This document shows, piece after piece, positions 40,701-50,375 of a DNA stretch of 64,000 bases. This DNA comes from a virus (lineage: Duplodnaviria > Caudoviricetes), in the IMG/VR virus record IMGVR_UViG_3300011008_000049, positions 64,001-128,000 of that record. One strand, written 5' to 3'. The notes below the pieces were generated by a model that saw nothing but the letters and a program-made list of their open reading frames with translations, had not been told where the DNA came from and made no database searches. Within the stretch, counting starts at the first letter, position 1, and each line of letters starts with the position of its first letter. The position numbers and the translations under genes are program-made.

Positions 40701-43700
40701 ACTGTCAAGAGTTTGATACATTGAACGAAGTTGCGAATTCATTAAAAGACGAATTCTGCGCCAGAAAACATTATCTGCTGCGTTGAATATATAACCAGAT
40801 GAAGCATTTCCATCCGTTCTATAATCAACATCTTCCTTACCGTATGCCATTGTCAACTCACCGCTATTGTTAATGCCAAGCGCCGTATCGTTGTCATAAT
40901 CCCACATTTCAAAGGCATATTTCCAATAATAAGTTTTGCTTGAATTAACGCTTACATCGGAAGTCAGAGTATAAACATCTTCGCCATTAACCGTACTCTT
41001 TTCATAGTAGTAATCCATAAATGTTGATGAAGGAGACGGAACAGGGCGATAAGTACCAATATCTCCAAAATGCCAAAATGTATTCTTTGAGCGGTTATCA
41101 ATCATTGTGTATCTCTCTGTAAACAGATACCAATACAAAGCTGATTCTGGAATAAACCATCCGCTTAATTGGCTTACAAAGTCAGAATCCGATGCTGTAA
41201 TAACCCATTTATAGAAGTCTCTAAATATTTGTTTATTACGCTCTCTTTGAGCAGTTTGTTCAGCAGAAGATAATCCAGTAGTATCACCGTCTCTTGTTTC
41301 TCCACCCATATCATATCTAAACTCAAATGATTCCTTATAATCATCAGTTCCATCACCATCAAACGAATAATCAAGATTAATTCTTTTAACGTTATTGGCA
41401 TTATTCCATTGAGAAGAAGTAATTGGGTAAATCATTGTTCCTGTGCCGTTATAATTTATGCTTCCTCTTGTATAATAAGTCTTGCCATCAACTATTGTTG
41501 TATCGGAAGTTTTCTTATAAATACTTCCATCAAGGTCGTAATATGAACCGAGATTCACTGCTGATGGTTCTGCGACCGGTGTATATTCTGCATAAACACC
41601 AGTTTGAAATGCGGCGTTTGGAAGTGTATTATCTGAAATTTCAACACAAAATTCTTTCATATCATCGGGGTCATTTACACGAGTAGAGTCTGTCTTTTTA
41701 CTATCTCCGATATTTCCGATAGCATAGAAGTGCCAATCGCCATCCGTAAACTCTCTACGGCTGACGGTTGTTCCGTTAGAGTTTCCTGTCTCTTTAACGA
41801 AAACAACACAGTTAAAGAATTCCATATCATTCTTTGCATATTGGTCACGAGCTTTTGCGGCAGGAGTATAGGGCAGATAATCGTTATATCTCTTTTGTAA
41901 TAAAGCGTTATTTGCGTTTTCCGATGATGCGATATTAACCTTAATGTTAAACCAGTTATTTGGCACAGATGTTCTTGAAAGCGCAACTTTTCCAGTTCCG
42001 TTTTCGTATCTTGTACCATCACCAAGAACAAGGGTTGTCTTATAGTTTTCATCAAAGGTGATTTTACTTGAATATTGATGAACGCCATCCATACAACATA
42101 TAATATCAATGTTTCTTCCGGAATAGCCATATTCGTTTGAAGTTGTACCCTGACCACTATGATAGCAGTTTGTAAATGTCCAGTTATCGAGTACGGGGTC
42201 GCCATTCTTATGAATACAGCGAACATTTGTATATTTAACAAAATTAGATTTGTTATTTGTAAATTGAGGACATTCAATCATAATGATTTTCAAATCCGGG
42301 CAAGCATTTGCCAATGCCTCTGGCGTAAGATTATTGTTCTCATCATAAATTTGGTTTCTGTTATAACGAGCAATCATTTCATCTGCATCGGGAGCATCCG
42401 CTATAAAGTTTGAAAGAATATTACTGTCGGTAAGAGAAGAAGTATAAGCCTTCATTCTATAAATGTGAACATCACAATTTGCAGAACCAACAATAATCGC
42501 AGATGGTGTATATTGATATAATCTGTGAGCAGAGTCATAAATCATTGGGCGCATACCAACGCCATCTTCATAAGACATAATCACGGATGTCGCATCAACA
42601 TTCTCCTGGTCTAATGGATTGATATTGAACTCAAACTCAATCTTATCTTCTTCACTGTATGGGATATACAAGGAGTCAGAACTTGAACGCAAATAAGCCT
42701 CATGTGTATTCATTTGCAAGCCAACATTGCTTCCGGCATATCCATCAACACAAGATAAGAACTGTGCATCTGCGCTTTTAACATTTGTTGTTCTGAAAAT
42801 AAGTTTGAATTCCATTCCCTGTGTTTTTGGGTCAGTTCCAAACAAATTATAATTAAATGTTGCAGTTGTTCCTGCTTTAACACAGAAATATTGTGTTCCT
42901 GAATTATCTATTTGATAACCACCACTTGACCAGTCAAAATTATTAGATACTGACATATTGATACTGTCATTATTTGAATCAGTCCAAAGTCTATTCTCGC
43001 TGCTATTTGACAATCCGGTTGGATTAAAGTCAAATGCCAAATTTGCGGTAACAGGAGCAACATCAATGTCGAGTTCAGAAACTCCTAATGTAATAGTAAC
43101 GCTTGTAACTCCGCAAGCAATAACAAGGTTTCTGCTTCCTGTCGTAGCAGTTTTATAAGCCCATGTGTCTGAATTCGAGGTTAAGGTTTGCGTTGAAGTC
43201 GTTCCATCTGCCGTTCTCGTAACGGTAGGCATACTGGTGTTAGGATTGAAAACATAATACTGAATATTTGTCGTATCATATTGTTTTGCATATATGCTAT
43301 GGCTATAATATGAAACACCATCTGTAACTTCTTTAATGTAATATGTTTTACTATTATTTATCGCAACATCGGTTGTATAGATATATGTTCTACCAGACAA
43401 TTCGTAATATGTAGATATATCCTCAACCGTTGGATTTGCGACAACTTTATATGGTGCTTTTGAATATTCACCATTATCAAGAATGTAATATTCATCAAGG
43501 TTTTCACTAATTGGATTCTGTACGATATGGAAATAATCATTCCGATAGATACAACCAATAACAGGGACATCGGATGATTCATCATACCAAACAATATCCT
43601 TGTAAATGTGTTCGGTTTCAACAGAGATATTATTAATTGTCGCCGTGATGAAACATTCAAGCAAATGTGCGCCATGAGTTTGTGCTGGAAGTGTATATGA

Positions 43701-45845
43701 CTGTAATGTACCAGAGGCACTTGTAGTCACGCTATTTAATTCAACACCATCGAGAATAAAATGTACTGTTTTTGAAACAGAACCATAAGGCGTATATGTG
43801 AAATTAACAGCATTTCCCGCTGGATATGTAATTCTATCGCTAAAAGATGATTCAAGTCTCACATCGACAACCTGAACCGTCCATGTTTTAACAACTACAC
43901 TTCCGCCTTCATCGGTAACGGTTAAGGTAAATTTCTGTGTTCCGATATTGCAATAATCGGTCATATCGAAAGTATTCACACCCTGAACCAAAGCGCCAGT
44001 TGAAATAGTAGTGCTTCCGTTTCTCCAAGTATAAGTTCCATCTACTGCTTCTCCATCTCCATCTGTTGACGAGAACAAAAATTTGATTTCGATTTTATCA
44101 GTAGGAGTTGCAACAATTGGAGAGTTGGTAATACGCTCAACAACGAGATTTGTTGTAGAACTTTGACCACCACCGCCTCCGCCACCTTGAATGGTGAACT
44201 GGCTCTTTATTGTTTCTACGCCATCTTCAACCTCATATAAAGTAAAGATGTTATCTGTATCGTAGGTTGCATAATAAGTTGCTCCCTCAATATCAAGGTT
44301 ATTTACATCTTGTTGAACCCTATTAATGGCGTTACTCAAAGACGAGATATTGGTTTCGTTTGCTCCAACTCTACTATTCAAAGCGGAGACATTGTTATTT
44401 GTAGAAGCAATTTCATCATTGATTAAACCAATCATAGTATTGATTTGGTCTTGCGTGAATGTATCAGAACCAATTTGTCTAAATGCTCCGTTAATATAAC
44501 GATAGTGTGCATATGCTCCGCTTGCATTCAAAACATAATAATCAGTGAAATCATTTCCCGTTGATGGTAATGATGCTAAAATTTCAGCTTTTGAACCACC
44601 AACCATCCACCAATCAGAATCAATCCATTTGTAATACAAACATCCACCGTTTGATTTAAGGATATAATCGGTATCTTCATCACCGGTTTCAGGCAATTCA
44701 GTTACAACAACTGTTGTTGCACTTCCGAAACAATCCCACATTGATGTATTCGTAGAAGCATTAGTAATCCACCAATATTTATCATATCCACTTCCGTTTG
44801 GAACAAGATAAAATGTCATCGGTTCTCCGACAAGCGGAAGTTCATTCACTATGGTAATGGTAAACGCCTTATAATCGGCAAGTAACGCCTGTGCATATGT
44901 TCTTGAAAGAGCAACAGCGCCTCTAATGGCATCACCAATACTTGTATATACAACTGTTTCAGTGAGCCTATAAGCATCTTGAATCTCGTTTTTAACAGTG
45001 TTCAAATTATTTTGAACAATATCTGCACGACCTTGTGCATAAGAGAAAATATCAACTCTTAAATTCTGTGGGTCATAGACAGATGGTTGCATAGCGTTAT
45101 CTGCTTTTGTTAATGTCTCATTGAACGAAGAATCTACCTTTGAACGAGTAATGCTGCCATCTGCAATTGTTAAGTTTGACAAAGTACCATTGCTTAAAAA
45201 GTCAGCCATTTCAGCGGCAACAGCACTTTCTATCAACTGTGCAACAACTTCATTGTTTTCCAACTGCGTAACTTTAATTGACAATTCATCAACAGATGAT
45301 TGACTTGCCTTTGTAGCAATTGCGTTTGCATTAGCCACCTCTGCCTGTTGCGCTCTTAATATTTCAGCAGATAAGTCCGTGGCTGCCGCCTTTGTGTTTA
45401 TTTGTCTTTGTAAATCTCTATCAACAGCAATAAGGTCGGCGGCATTCTGTTCATTCCATGTCAGGAGTGTATTAACCCTTGTTACAAGTTGATTATATAA
45501 AGTTTGTGATATTTCTGTACTTTGAGCATCGGAAACGAGAATGTTTTCATCAATGGTCAAAGTTAAATAGTTCGTTGTAGCAATTGTGTTCTCGTTGCTA
45601 CCATAAAGCATAAGAGTACAAGTACCTACTCCAATTTCAGCAGGTAAGTATGCGCTTTTGTTTTCGTCAAGGTATTGGTTATAAGATACACCATTTTGAC
45701 TAAACTGTGCGAAGGTCATTAAATCATCCCAATCGCCGGTAAGATTGAACACGAACCTTACAAATTCTTGTGTTCCGGCGACAAGAGATTTTAGATTTGT
45801 TGCAATTTTCAATTTCTGATTAGCAACATTGACTAATATATCCAT
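37701..45845 (-). CDS. Giant multidomain tail/adhesin protein, the DGR target (C-terminal CLec-type WWLRSP domain)
   Basis: 2714 aa; BppU-like N-terminus, LamG-like segments, CotH-like DNRSKN/DYDND motifs, LRR-like repeats, VR at the C-terminus. Confidence 0.85.
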   Translation of the reverse strand: MDILVNVANQKLKIATNLKSLVAGTQEFVRFVFNLTGDWDDLMTFAQFSQNGVSYNQYLDENKSAYLPAEIGVGTCTLMLYGSNENTIATTNYLTLTIDENILVSDAQSTEISQTLYNQLVTRVNTLLTWNEQNAADLIAVDRDLQRQINTKAAATDLSAEILRAQQAEVANANAIATKASQSSVDELSIKVTQLENNEVVAQLIESAVAAEMADFLSNGTLSNLTIADGSITRSKVDSSFNETLTKADNAMQPSVYDPQNLRVDIFSYAQGRADIVQNNLNTVKNEIQDAYRLTETVVYTSIGDAIRGAVALSRTYAQALLADYKAFTITIVNELPLVGEPMTFYLVPNGSGYDKYWWITNASTNTSMWDCFGSATTVVVTELPETGDEDTDYILKSNGGCLYYKWIDSDWWMVGGSKAEILASLPSTGNDFTDYYVLNASGAYAHYRYINGAFRQIGSDTFTQDQINTMIGLINDEIASTNNNVSALNSRVGANETNISSLSNAINRVQQDVNNLDIEGATYYATYDTDNIFTLYEVEDGVETIKSQFTIQGGGGGGGQSSTTNLVVERITNSPIVATPTDKIEIKFLFSSTDGDGEAVDGTYTWRNGSTTISTGALVQGVNTFDMTDYCNIGTQKFTLTVTDEGGSVVVKTWTVQVVDVRLESSFSDRITYPAGNAVNFTYTPYGSVSKTVHFILDGVELNSVTTSASGTLQSYTLPAQTHGAHLLECFITATINNISVETEHIYKDIVWYDESSDVPVIGCIYRNDYFHIVQNPISENLDEYYILDNGEYSKAPYKVVANPTVEDISTYYELSGRTYIYTTDVAINNSKTYYIKEVTDGVSYYSHSIYAKQYDTTNIQYYVFNPNTSMPTVTRTADGTTSTQTLTSNSDTWAYKTATTGSRNLVIACGVTSVTITLGVSELDIDVAPVTANLAFDFNPTGLSNSSENRLWTDSNNDSINMSVSNNFDWSSGGYQIDNSGTQYFCVKAGTTATFNYNLFGTDPKTQGMEFKLIFRTTNVKSADAQFLSCVDGYAGSNVGLQMNTHEAYLRSSSDSLYIPYSEEDKIEFEFNINPLDQENVDATSVIMSYEDGVGMRPMIYDSAHRLYQYTPSAIIVGSANCDVHIYRMKAYTSSLTDSNILSNFIADAPDADEMIARYNRNQIYDENNNLTPEALANACPDLKIIMIECPQFTNNKSNFVKYTNVRCIHKNGDPVLDNWTFTNCYHSGQGTTSNEYGYSGRNIDIICCMDGVHQYSSKITFDENYKTTLVLGDGTRYENGTGKVALSRTSVPNNWFNIKVNIASSENANNALLQKRYNDYLPYTPAAKARDQYAKNDMEFFNCVVFVKETGNSNGTTVSRREFTDGDWHFYAIGNIGDSKKTDSTRVNDPDDMKEFCVEISDNTLPNAAFQTGVYAEYTPVAEPSAVNLGSYYDLDGSIYKKTSDTTIVDGKTYYTRGSINYNGTGTMIYPITSSQWNNANNVKRINLDYSFDGDGTDDYKESFEFRYDMGGETRDGDTTGLSSAEQTAQRERNKQIFRDFYKWVITASDSDFVSQLSGWFIPESALYWYLFTERYTMIDNRSKNTFWHFGDIGTYRPVPSPSSTFMDYYYEKSTVNGEDVYTLTSDVSVNSSKTYYWKYAFEMWDYDNDTALGINNSGELTMAYGKEDVDYRTDGNASSGYIFNAADNVFWRRIRLLMNSQLRSMYQTLDSSNCWSSDSLINEYDAWQSQFPEELWRLDIERKYYRTYRGEGLNAGATPSPTPRYLQEMMNGRKKYQRRQFERDQAAYMGTKYLSSSIMADKIEFRCNTPLDAVITPNYDLTIVPYSDMYLSVKFGNTNPVQIRAKAGNSYVVNCPIDGTMDDTMFVIYCASRIQALNDISACYIHDNDFSSASKLQTLIIGNTAVGYENSFLTTLNLGSSPLLESLDIRNCPNLTGSLNLSSCVNLTTLRAEGTALTAVTFANYGKIATAHLPDTINTLSMKNLHHLSDLDVSFDNLESLTIENSDINEYAIVLDAIDTLQFLRLVGIDWTLSDTTLLNSILAMNNSFLSGEAYISGQIRNQELLNYENAWSDLEVTYDSANLVTQYLATYVNADGTPLYSCYVDRGSVPPDPVSLGYIDTPTQEANAQYTFTYNGWDDITSAMLNPRTITVVYTQTVRTYTVTWYSRAGLSLGSVTANYGDDVTYDGDIPTNTSEEGTYVYNVFAGWNKSTGFIKGDTDVYAIWERAALPDTSKSLEDMTEGEIYAVAQSGRATNYFESKDYYDIRLGHDFDFANVESTTFVGENGTLSSSELYLDGSTAYNTGIKLFGENEESFTLAIDFRFASTTTNNTLVSCFEEDGSEGFRLRYNSNPNIQWGNMNHSFGNAKFRDIVVLRHKKGEAKLYIYASNATGSSSAFSDAITRIESTRNRVTDTESTLSIGAVRFLGDGGYDDYGTGTIYWCKLWHDDIGDANARQLAAWCHEPLRIEYTGNNLYRLAGNTSQRTSASFIANNLLGDRGHVMNATNTNAGGWNGCQMRTNFMPRLYKALPTVWQSMIKKIKVSASAGSQSSEILISEDYVYLAAIKEVDNSQTSSVYVSEGSYIGWFSANNRRAKFRGLIIPDTVSYYTQSSDPNTIDGVTVAIGDVWQPNGGNNTNYIFVSNEQIARCGLTVYGTATDVGGWVSASYWWLRSPFTGNSAHFWLVNYGGSTSYGNATSTFGVCPCFSI
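37710..37836 (-). repeat. DGR variable repeat (VR)
   Basis: Encodes the C-terminal SASYWWLRSP...GVCPCF; aligns without gaps to the TR. Confidence 0.95.
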
Positions 45846-45879
45846 ATATGTCCTCCATAAAAATACAATTTAATAAAGA

Positions 45880-45902
45880 CGGTGCGAGATTAACTCGCAC
45901 CG
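45880..45902 (-). terminator. GC-rich hairpin upstream of the giant tail gene
   Basis: CGGTGCGAG/CTCGCACCG stem followed by TCTTTATT on the - strand. Confidence 0.5.
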
Positions 45903-45997
45903 CCAAAACAACTACTATATATTGATATTGCATTTACAACTAAACGCAATATATAGTTATAAAATGACAATAAAATTAGAGTTTTATCATCAAAACA

Positions 45998-46437
45998 TTA
46001 ATCATCGAGCTTTCCGATGATTTTGAGTTTTCTTACCCTTGTTACAAGGGTCTTAACATAACCATTTCCGTGGAATATCTCTACATACTCATCATACATT
46101 TCTTCAAGGGAACGCAGTTTGTTAATCGAGATTTCTCCCTTATCAAGATCGTATGACGAATTTGTTTAAGATTAACTTCCTTTTGTTCTGCAAGAGATTT
46201 TTGAATAGCAATAAGAGACTTCTCAATTTCTTTTAATGTCTCATCATGACTTTCAATAACCTTCTGTTGCTTCTCGTCTTTATCTTTTGCCTCTTTGTAC
46301 TTTGTAAAAATTTTATAAAGTTTAATTGTACCAGCACAAAGGGCAGAGATAATGGCGCAGATTACAATAACCCACGCCACTATTGTGCCAATCGGTATGC
46401 CGGACAAAAACTCCCAAACTGATTGAGTGTCCTGCAT
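45998..46437 (-). pseudogene. Holin-like membrane protein with an internal frameshift near 46149
   Basis: N-terminal TM helix plus coiled coil; a plausible C-terminus LDKGEIS..EEMYDEY..FHGNGYV lies in another frame. Confidence 0.6.
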
Positions 46438-46453
46438 AATAATATCTCCTTAC

Positions 46454-49099
46454 TTAAATTTTCTTTGTATAGTCACTTGCTATCCAACCTGCGCCGCTCT
46501 TTAATTTCAGCCATTTTGTAGCGCCAGAACCAGATGATTCTGCAACAATTGTGTAAACACCCTGGTCTTTAATCTGACCTGTCGTTGGATAGTTAGTTCC
46601 TGCTCCTTTTCTAATATTAAGAACGCTTGCAGTAACCTTGACTTTATATGGTGTGAATGAAGCAGTTGAACCGGAATTAGAACCATTAGAAACAGCAGTA
46701 ACATATTTGATGTTTACAGGACTCATGATTGAATTCTTTCCATCCTGCGATTTATCAATTACAACTCTGTCTCCTGAAATAGAATGAACAATCCAGTTCT
46801 TCGCTTTTACCCAATCAGGCATAGCCTGTCCACCATAATAAACGGCATTTGAAGCCAGCTTGACTACTGCTCCGGCTTTTACTGTTGCGGCAGGTGTTGT
46901 AGTTGTCGTTCCACCAGAACTCGAACCACCGCTTGTAGAGCCACCAGAAACAAGCGTGAGATATTTAATGTTGACAGGACTCATAATAGAGTTTTGTCCA
47001 TCTTGTGACTTGTCGATAACGACTCTATCTCCACTAACGGAATTGACAATCCAATTCTTTGCCTTAACCCACGATGGCATTGACTGACCGCCGTAATATG
47101 TAGCATTGGAAGCGATTTTTACAACCGAACCAGCCTTGATTGAACTATTAGATGATGTACTTCCGCCAGAACTTGAACCACCTGACGAACCGCCAGATGA
47201 ACCACCAGAAGAACTACCGCCGAGTTGAGCAGTAACCTTTGTTGCGAGGTCGCCCATTCTTGAATACATCCAATCTCCTGGACAAGACTTATTCGCATAA
47301 AATCTATGCGCTGTCAAAATCATTTCATCAGCCTTTGGAGAATAATTTTCACAAGCTGCTTTATCTGCTGCTGTACTTCCTTTTCCACCAAGCCAAAGCA
47401 ATTTCTTTTTGCCGTTTCTCTTGCAAATGTCAACACAAAGAGCAATAAGTTTCTGATAAACTACATCCTTAAAAGCATATGGATGCTCTGTATCTGATGC
47501 ACACTCAATAGTAATAGCACGCTGGTCATTAGCATTAGAAGAAGAACACCATGAGCGGTTCTTTTCTTCTACATACATACCAACTCTGCCATCTACACCA
47601 ATACCATACTGACATGATGCCTGTCTTGACTGTGGATAGAAAATATCTCCAAGTCTTTCGACACTACATTGACCAACAACGCAGTGTGGCGTAATTCTGT
47701 CAATACTATGAGTTCTTTGACCTGAATGATTTGGGCTTAATTTCGTATAAGAAACCAATGGACTATTAGTATATCCCATGTTCGTTTCCTCCTTTTTTGT
47801 TTCTGTTTTATGAAGTCCGGAAATTGTATTCACATCAACCCATCCATAAACAGTAGAACCTCCGCCACTTTCTCTGACGAGGTGATATGGATGTTTTGCA
47901 GTTTTAGCAATAGAAGTAATCTTTGCAACTCCTGGTTTACAAGAAACACCATTTGTATCAGTGCTACTCTTGTAATGAACCTGTCCGATAAAATCTACAA
48001 TATTTCCGACAACATATTTAATTTCTGTTGTTGAACTATTTCCACCGTTTTCAACTGGCTTTGCGTTATCCGAAACGGCGGGATTATAGATAAAGCCAAG
48101 GAACTTATAAGAAGAACCTTGACCCCAATTTCCTGTACCTTTCTTTCTTGTTTCTGTCCAGAATGGAGTAGAAGAACCCCATCCACTCTCTGATGTGATA
48201 ACCTCTGTATCACTTATAACTTTCTCTACTATTGCGACATGACCAGCACCATCAGAATCGGAGAGGGCAGAACCTTTCTGCCATACCATACAAGCGCCAA
48301 GTTTTGGAGTTTGACCAACTTCAAGACTTCCTTTGTACTGAATAAAATTCTCCGCATTAACAGGACTTAAATATTTGCAAGAGCCATATCCGCCGATTTC
48401 ATTAAACCGACCATAGGCATATCCAACACAATTGCTTAATACATCACAATCTTTGTCTGTTGGTTTGCCTTGAATTGCGTTAGAATATCCGCCATTTGCC
48501 TTTGTGATATAATACTTGTTTCCTTTTTCCGGCTTTGTCGTTCTCATAACAAATTTTGAACTGCCAGATGTAGTAGATTGAGAAACGGCGTATTTGTCGT
48601 AATATGTCTGTCCGTATGCAGCACGCTTTTTCTGAACCGCTTCGCTTTGGTCTGCTGGTCTTTCAAATTTCAAAAGAACCACATTTGATGCTTCTAAAAC
48701 ACTTGTTGCATTTACAAGAGCGTTCCAAACAGCAGAATATTGCTCTTTGAATTGGGTACAAACGCATTCAAGTTGCATTTCTAAATCTCCGATGCTCTTG
48801 CCTTTCTTTTTGGCAAAATTCAAGAGATATTCTTTAAGACTCCAATAAGTCCATTGAACAAGACCATACCCGGCAGAGTCATGAACAAAATTCGTATATG
48901 TACCATCATCAACCGCCTTTGTATATGATTCGTCTGTATATCCAAGTTTGTTTTCATATGAATTCTGAAGGTTATTTGGTTTTAGTCCGCTTTCTGCGTT
49001 CATATTCCCCATTAAACCAGCGACACCATATGGGTTCTTAATCTTATCAATAAGATAATTCCAAATCTTCTGTTCGTTATTTGAACCAGTTAAAGACAT
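46454..49099 (-). CDS. Multi-catalytic endolysin: phage-tail-lysozyme-like + CHAP + Amidase_2 + two wall-binding repeats + SH3b
   Basis: GNMNAESGL..GYGLVQWT; NCVGYA..GHVAIVE; ITPHCVVG..IECAS..HR..KSCPG; LNIRKGAGT..GWI. Confidence 0.9.
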   Translation of the reverse strand: MSLTGSNNEQKIWNYLIDKIKNPYGVAGLMGNMNAESGLKPNNLQNSYENKLGYTDESYTKAVDDGTYTNFVHDSAGYGLVQWTYWSLKEYLLNFAKKKGKSIGDLEMQLECVCTQFKEQYSAVWNALVNATSVLEASNVVLLKFERPADQSEAVQKKRAAYGQTYYDKYAVSQSTTSGSSKFVMRTTKPEKGNKYYITKANGGYSNAIQGKPTDKDCDVLSNCVGYAYGRFNEIGGYGSCKYLSPVNAENFIQYKGSLEVGQTPKLGACMVWQKGSALSDSDGAGHVAIVEKVISDTEVITSESGWGSSTPFWTETRKKGTGNWGQGSSYKFLGFIYNPAVSDNAKPVENGGNSSTTEIKYVVGNIVDFIGQVHYKSSTDTNGVSCKPGVAKITSIAKTAKHPYHLVRESGGGSTVYGWVDVNTISGLHKTETKKEETNMGYTNSPLVSYTKLSPNHSGQRTHSIDRITPHCVVGQCSVERLGDIFYPQSRQASCQYGIGVDGRVGMYVEEKNRSWCSSSNANDQRAITIECASDTEHPYAFKDVVYQKLIALCVDICKRNGKKKLLWLGGKGSTAADKAACENYSPKADEMILTAHRFYANKSCPGDWMYSRMGDLATKVTAQLGGSSSGGSSGGSSGGSSSGGSTSSNSSIKAGSVVKIASNATYYGGQSMPSWVKAKNWIVNSVSGDRVVIDKSQDGQNSIMSPVNIKYLTLVSGGSTSGGSSSGGTTTTTPAATVKAGAVVKLASNAVYYGGQAMPDWVKAKNWIVHSISGDRVVIDKSQDGKNSIMSPVNIKYVTAVSNGSNSGSTASFTPYKVKVTASVLNIRKGAGTNYPTTGQIKDQGVYTIVAESSGSGATKWLKLKSGAGWIASDYTKKI

Positions 49100-49170
49100 C
49101 TTGTATCTCCTTTCATATAAAAATAGGGCAGTGCATTAAAGCACCACCCATTAGTGTTATCCCATCTTAT

Positions 49171-49569
49171 TTATTCTTCTATTTCTGGTGTTGTTTCTTG
49201 ATTTTCAGCAAAAATCTTTCTCATTTCTTTCAAGGCATCATTAATTGCGTTGTCAATAAACTCAACAATCTCGTCCTGATTAGAAACCTTTGACAGAATT
49301 GGATATTCAGCAAAAATCTTCTGAATAACCTGCGCCCTCTTAATAGAGCCAGCTTTTTCCCAAGAACTATAATCAACTTCGGCATCCGTAATAAGTTTCA
49401 AAACAATCTGCTTAATCTGTGCTTTTGCGGATTCAACCTTTTCTTTATTAGACTTTGAGAAATAACTTCTTGCTTTCTGAACAATAGCAATCACCAAAGA
49501 AATAATAATGATAATTGAAGTCCAATTATCATTGATAAACTGTAAAAAATTCTGAATACCGTTTAACAT
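49171..49569 (-). CDS. Putative holin (LL-H-like)
   Basis: Single N-terminal TM helix; adjacent to the lysin. Confidence 0.6.
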   Translation of the reverse strand: MLNGIQNFLQFINDNWTSIIIIISLVIAIVQKARSYFSKSNKEKVESAKAQIKQIVLKLITDAEVDYSSWEKAGSIKRAQVIQKIFAEYPILSKVSNQDEIVEFIDNAINDALKEMRKIFAENQETTPEIEE

Positions 49570-49591
49570 ATTTCATCCTCAACTTTCTAAA

Positions 49592-50098
49592 TTAACCAAC
49601 CGAATCACTATAATCACAATCTGTGTTGGTTGTATATGTTTCTACATTTCCAGTTGTTGTCGGAACAGGTTCATTGCTTTCTGCTCCGGCTTTCAAAAGT
49701 TCGTCAAGAGAATGTTTATCTCTTTGAAACTTCAAATCTTCCTCTGATTTCTTTGCCTTATATGCCTTTAAGCAGTAAATCCCATAAATCAGGATTTGCG
49801 CCGCAATATCGGTAATAAGAACTCCAAGATAGGAGAGGTCTGCGAATTTCCACATTGAAACCATTGCATATATCACAATAGCATTTAATAATGCGAACAG
49901 ATACACTGCAAGCAATTTGCTTGTCTCAAAATGAACTCTCTTTTTATACTTGTTCTTTTCTGATTTGATTTCTTCTTTATACTTTCTTGACTGACTTTCT
50001 TTCTTCGCTTTCTCTAATTCTTGACGGTATTGTGTTTCTGTCATTTTTCTCATAACAAGTACCGCCTTTCTTATAAGATTAGTTTTCTTCATCCTCAC
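49592..50098 (-). CDS. Two-TM membrane protein in the lysis module
   Basis: Two hydrophobic helices followed by KAYKAKK. Confidence 0.55.
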   Translation of the reverse strand: MRMKKTNLIRKAVLVMRKMTETQYRQELEKAKKESQSRKYKEEIKSEKNKYKKRVHFETSKLLAVYLFALLNAIVIYAMVSMWKFADLSYLGVLITDIAAQILIYGIYCLKAYKAKKSEEDLKFQRDKHSLDELLKAGAESNEPVPTTTGNVETYTTNTDCDYSDSVG

Positions 50099-50303
50099 TC
50101 TTATTCTTGGAAAGCATTTCGTTATATCGCCTCATGTCATTTTCTAACTGCTTTTGAGATAATATTTTCAAATCACTTTGAACATCATTCAAAATCGGTT
50201 CAATGACAAAAGGCGGCAACTTTGTGTTTTTAATTAAATCCGCAAGAGCAGCAATAAATTCTGCTCTTTCAACGGACATTGGTTTCATAACTTCATTTCC
50301 CAT
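50079..50303 (-). CDS. Hypothetical protein
   Basis: 74-aa ORF with AGGAG SD. Confidence 0.55.
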   Translation of the reverse strand: MGNEVMKPMSVERAEFIAALADLIKNTKLPPFVIEPILNDVQSDLKILSQKQLENDMRRYNEMLSKNKSEDEEN

Positions 50304-50375
50304 ATCTATCTCCTTATAATAAAAATAGCAACCGAAAACGGTTGCGTTTTAGAAAAGCAACTAAATATGGTTGCT

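Noticed and set aside
47140-47225. GGSSSGG and Ser-rich repeats in the lysin and tape measure (also about 57650-57740 and 59430-59470)
   Set aside because: Ordinary low-complexity protein linkers
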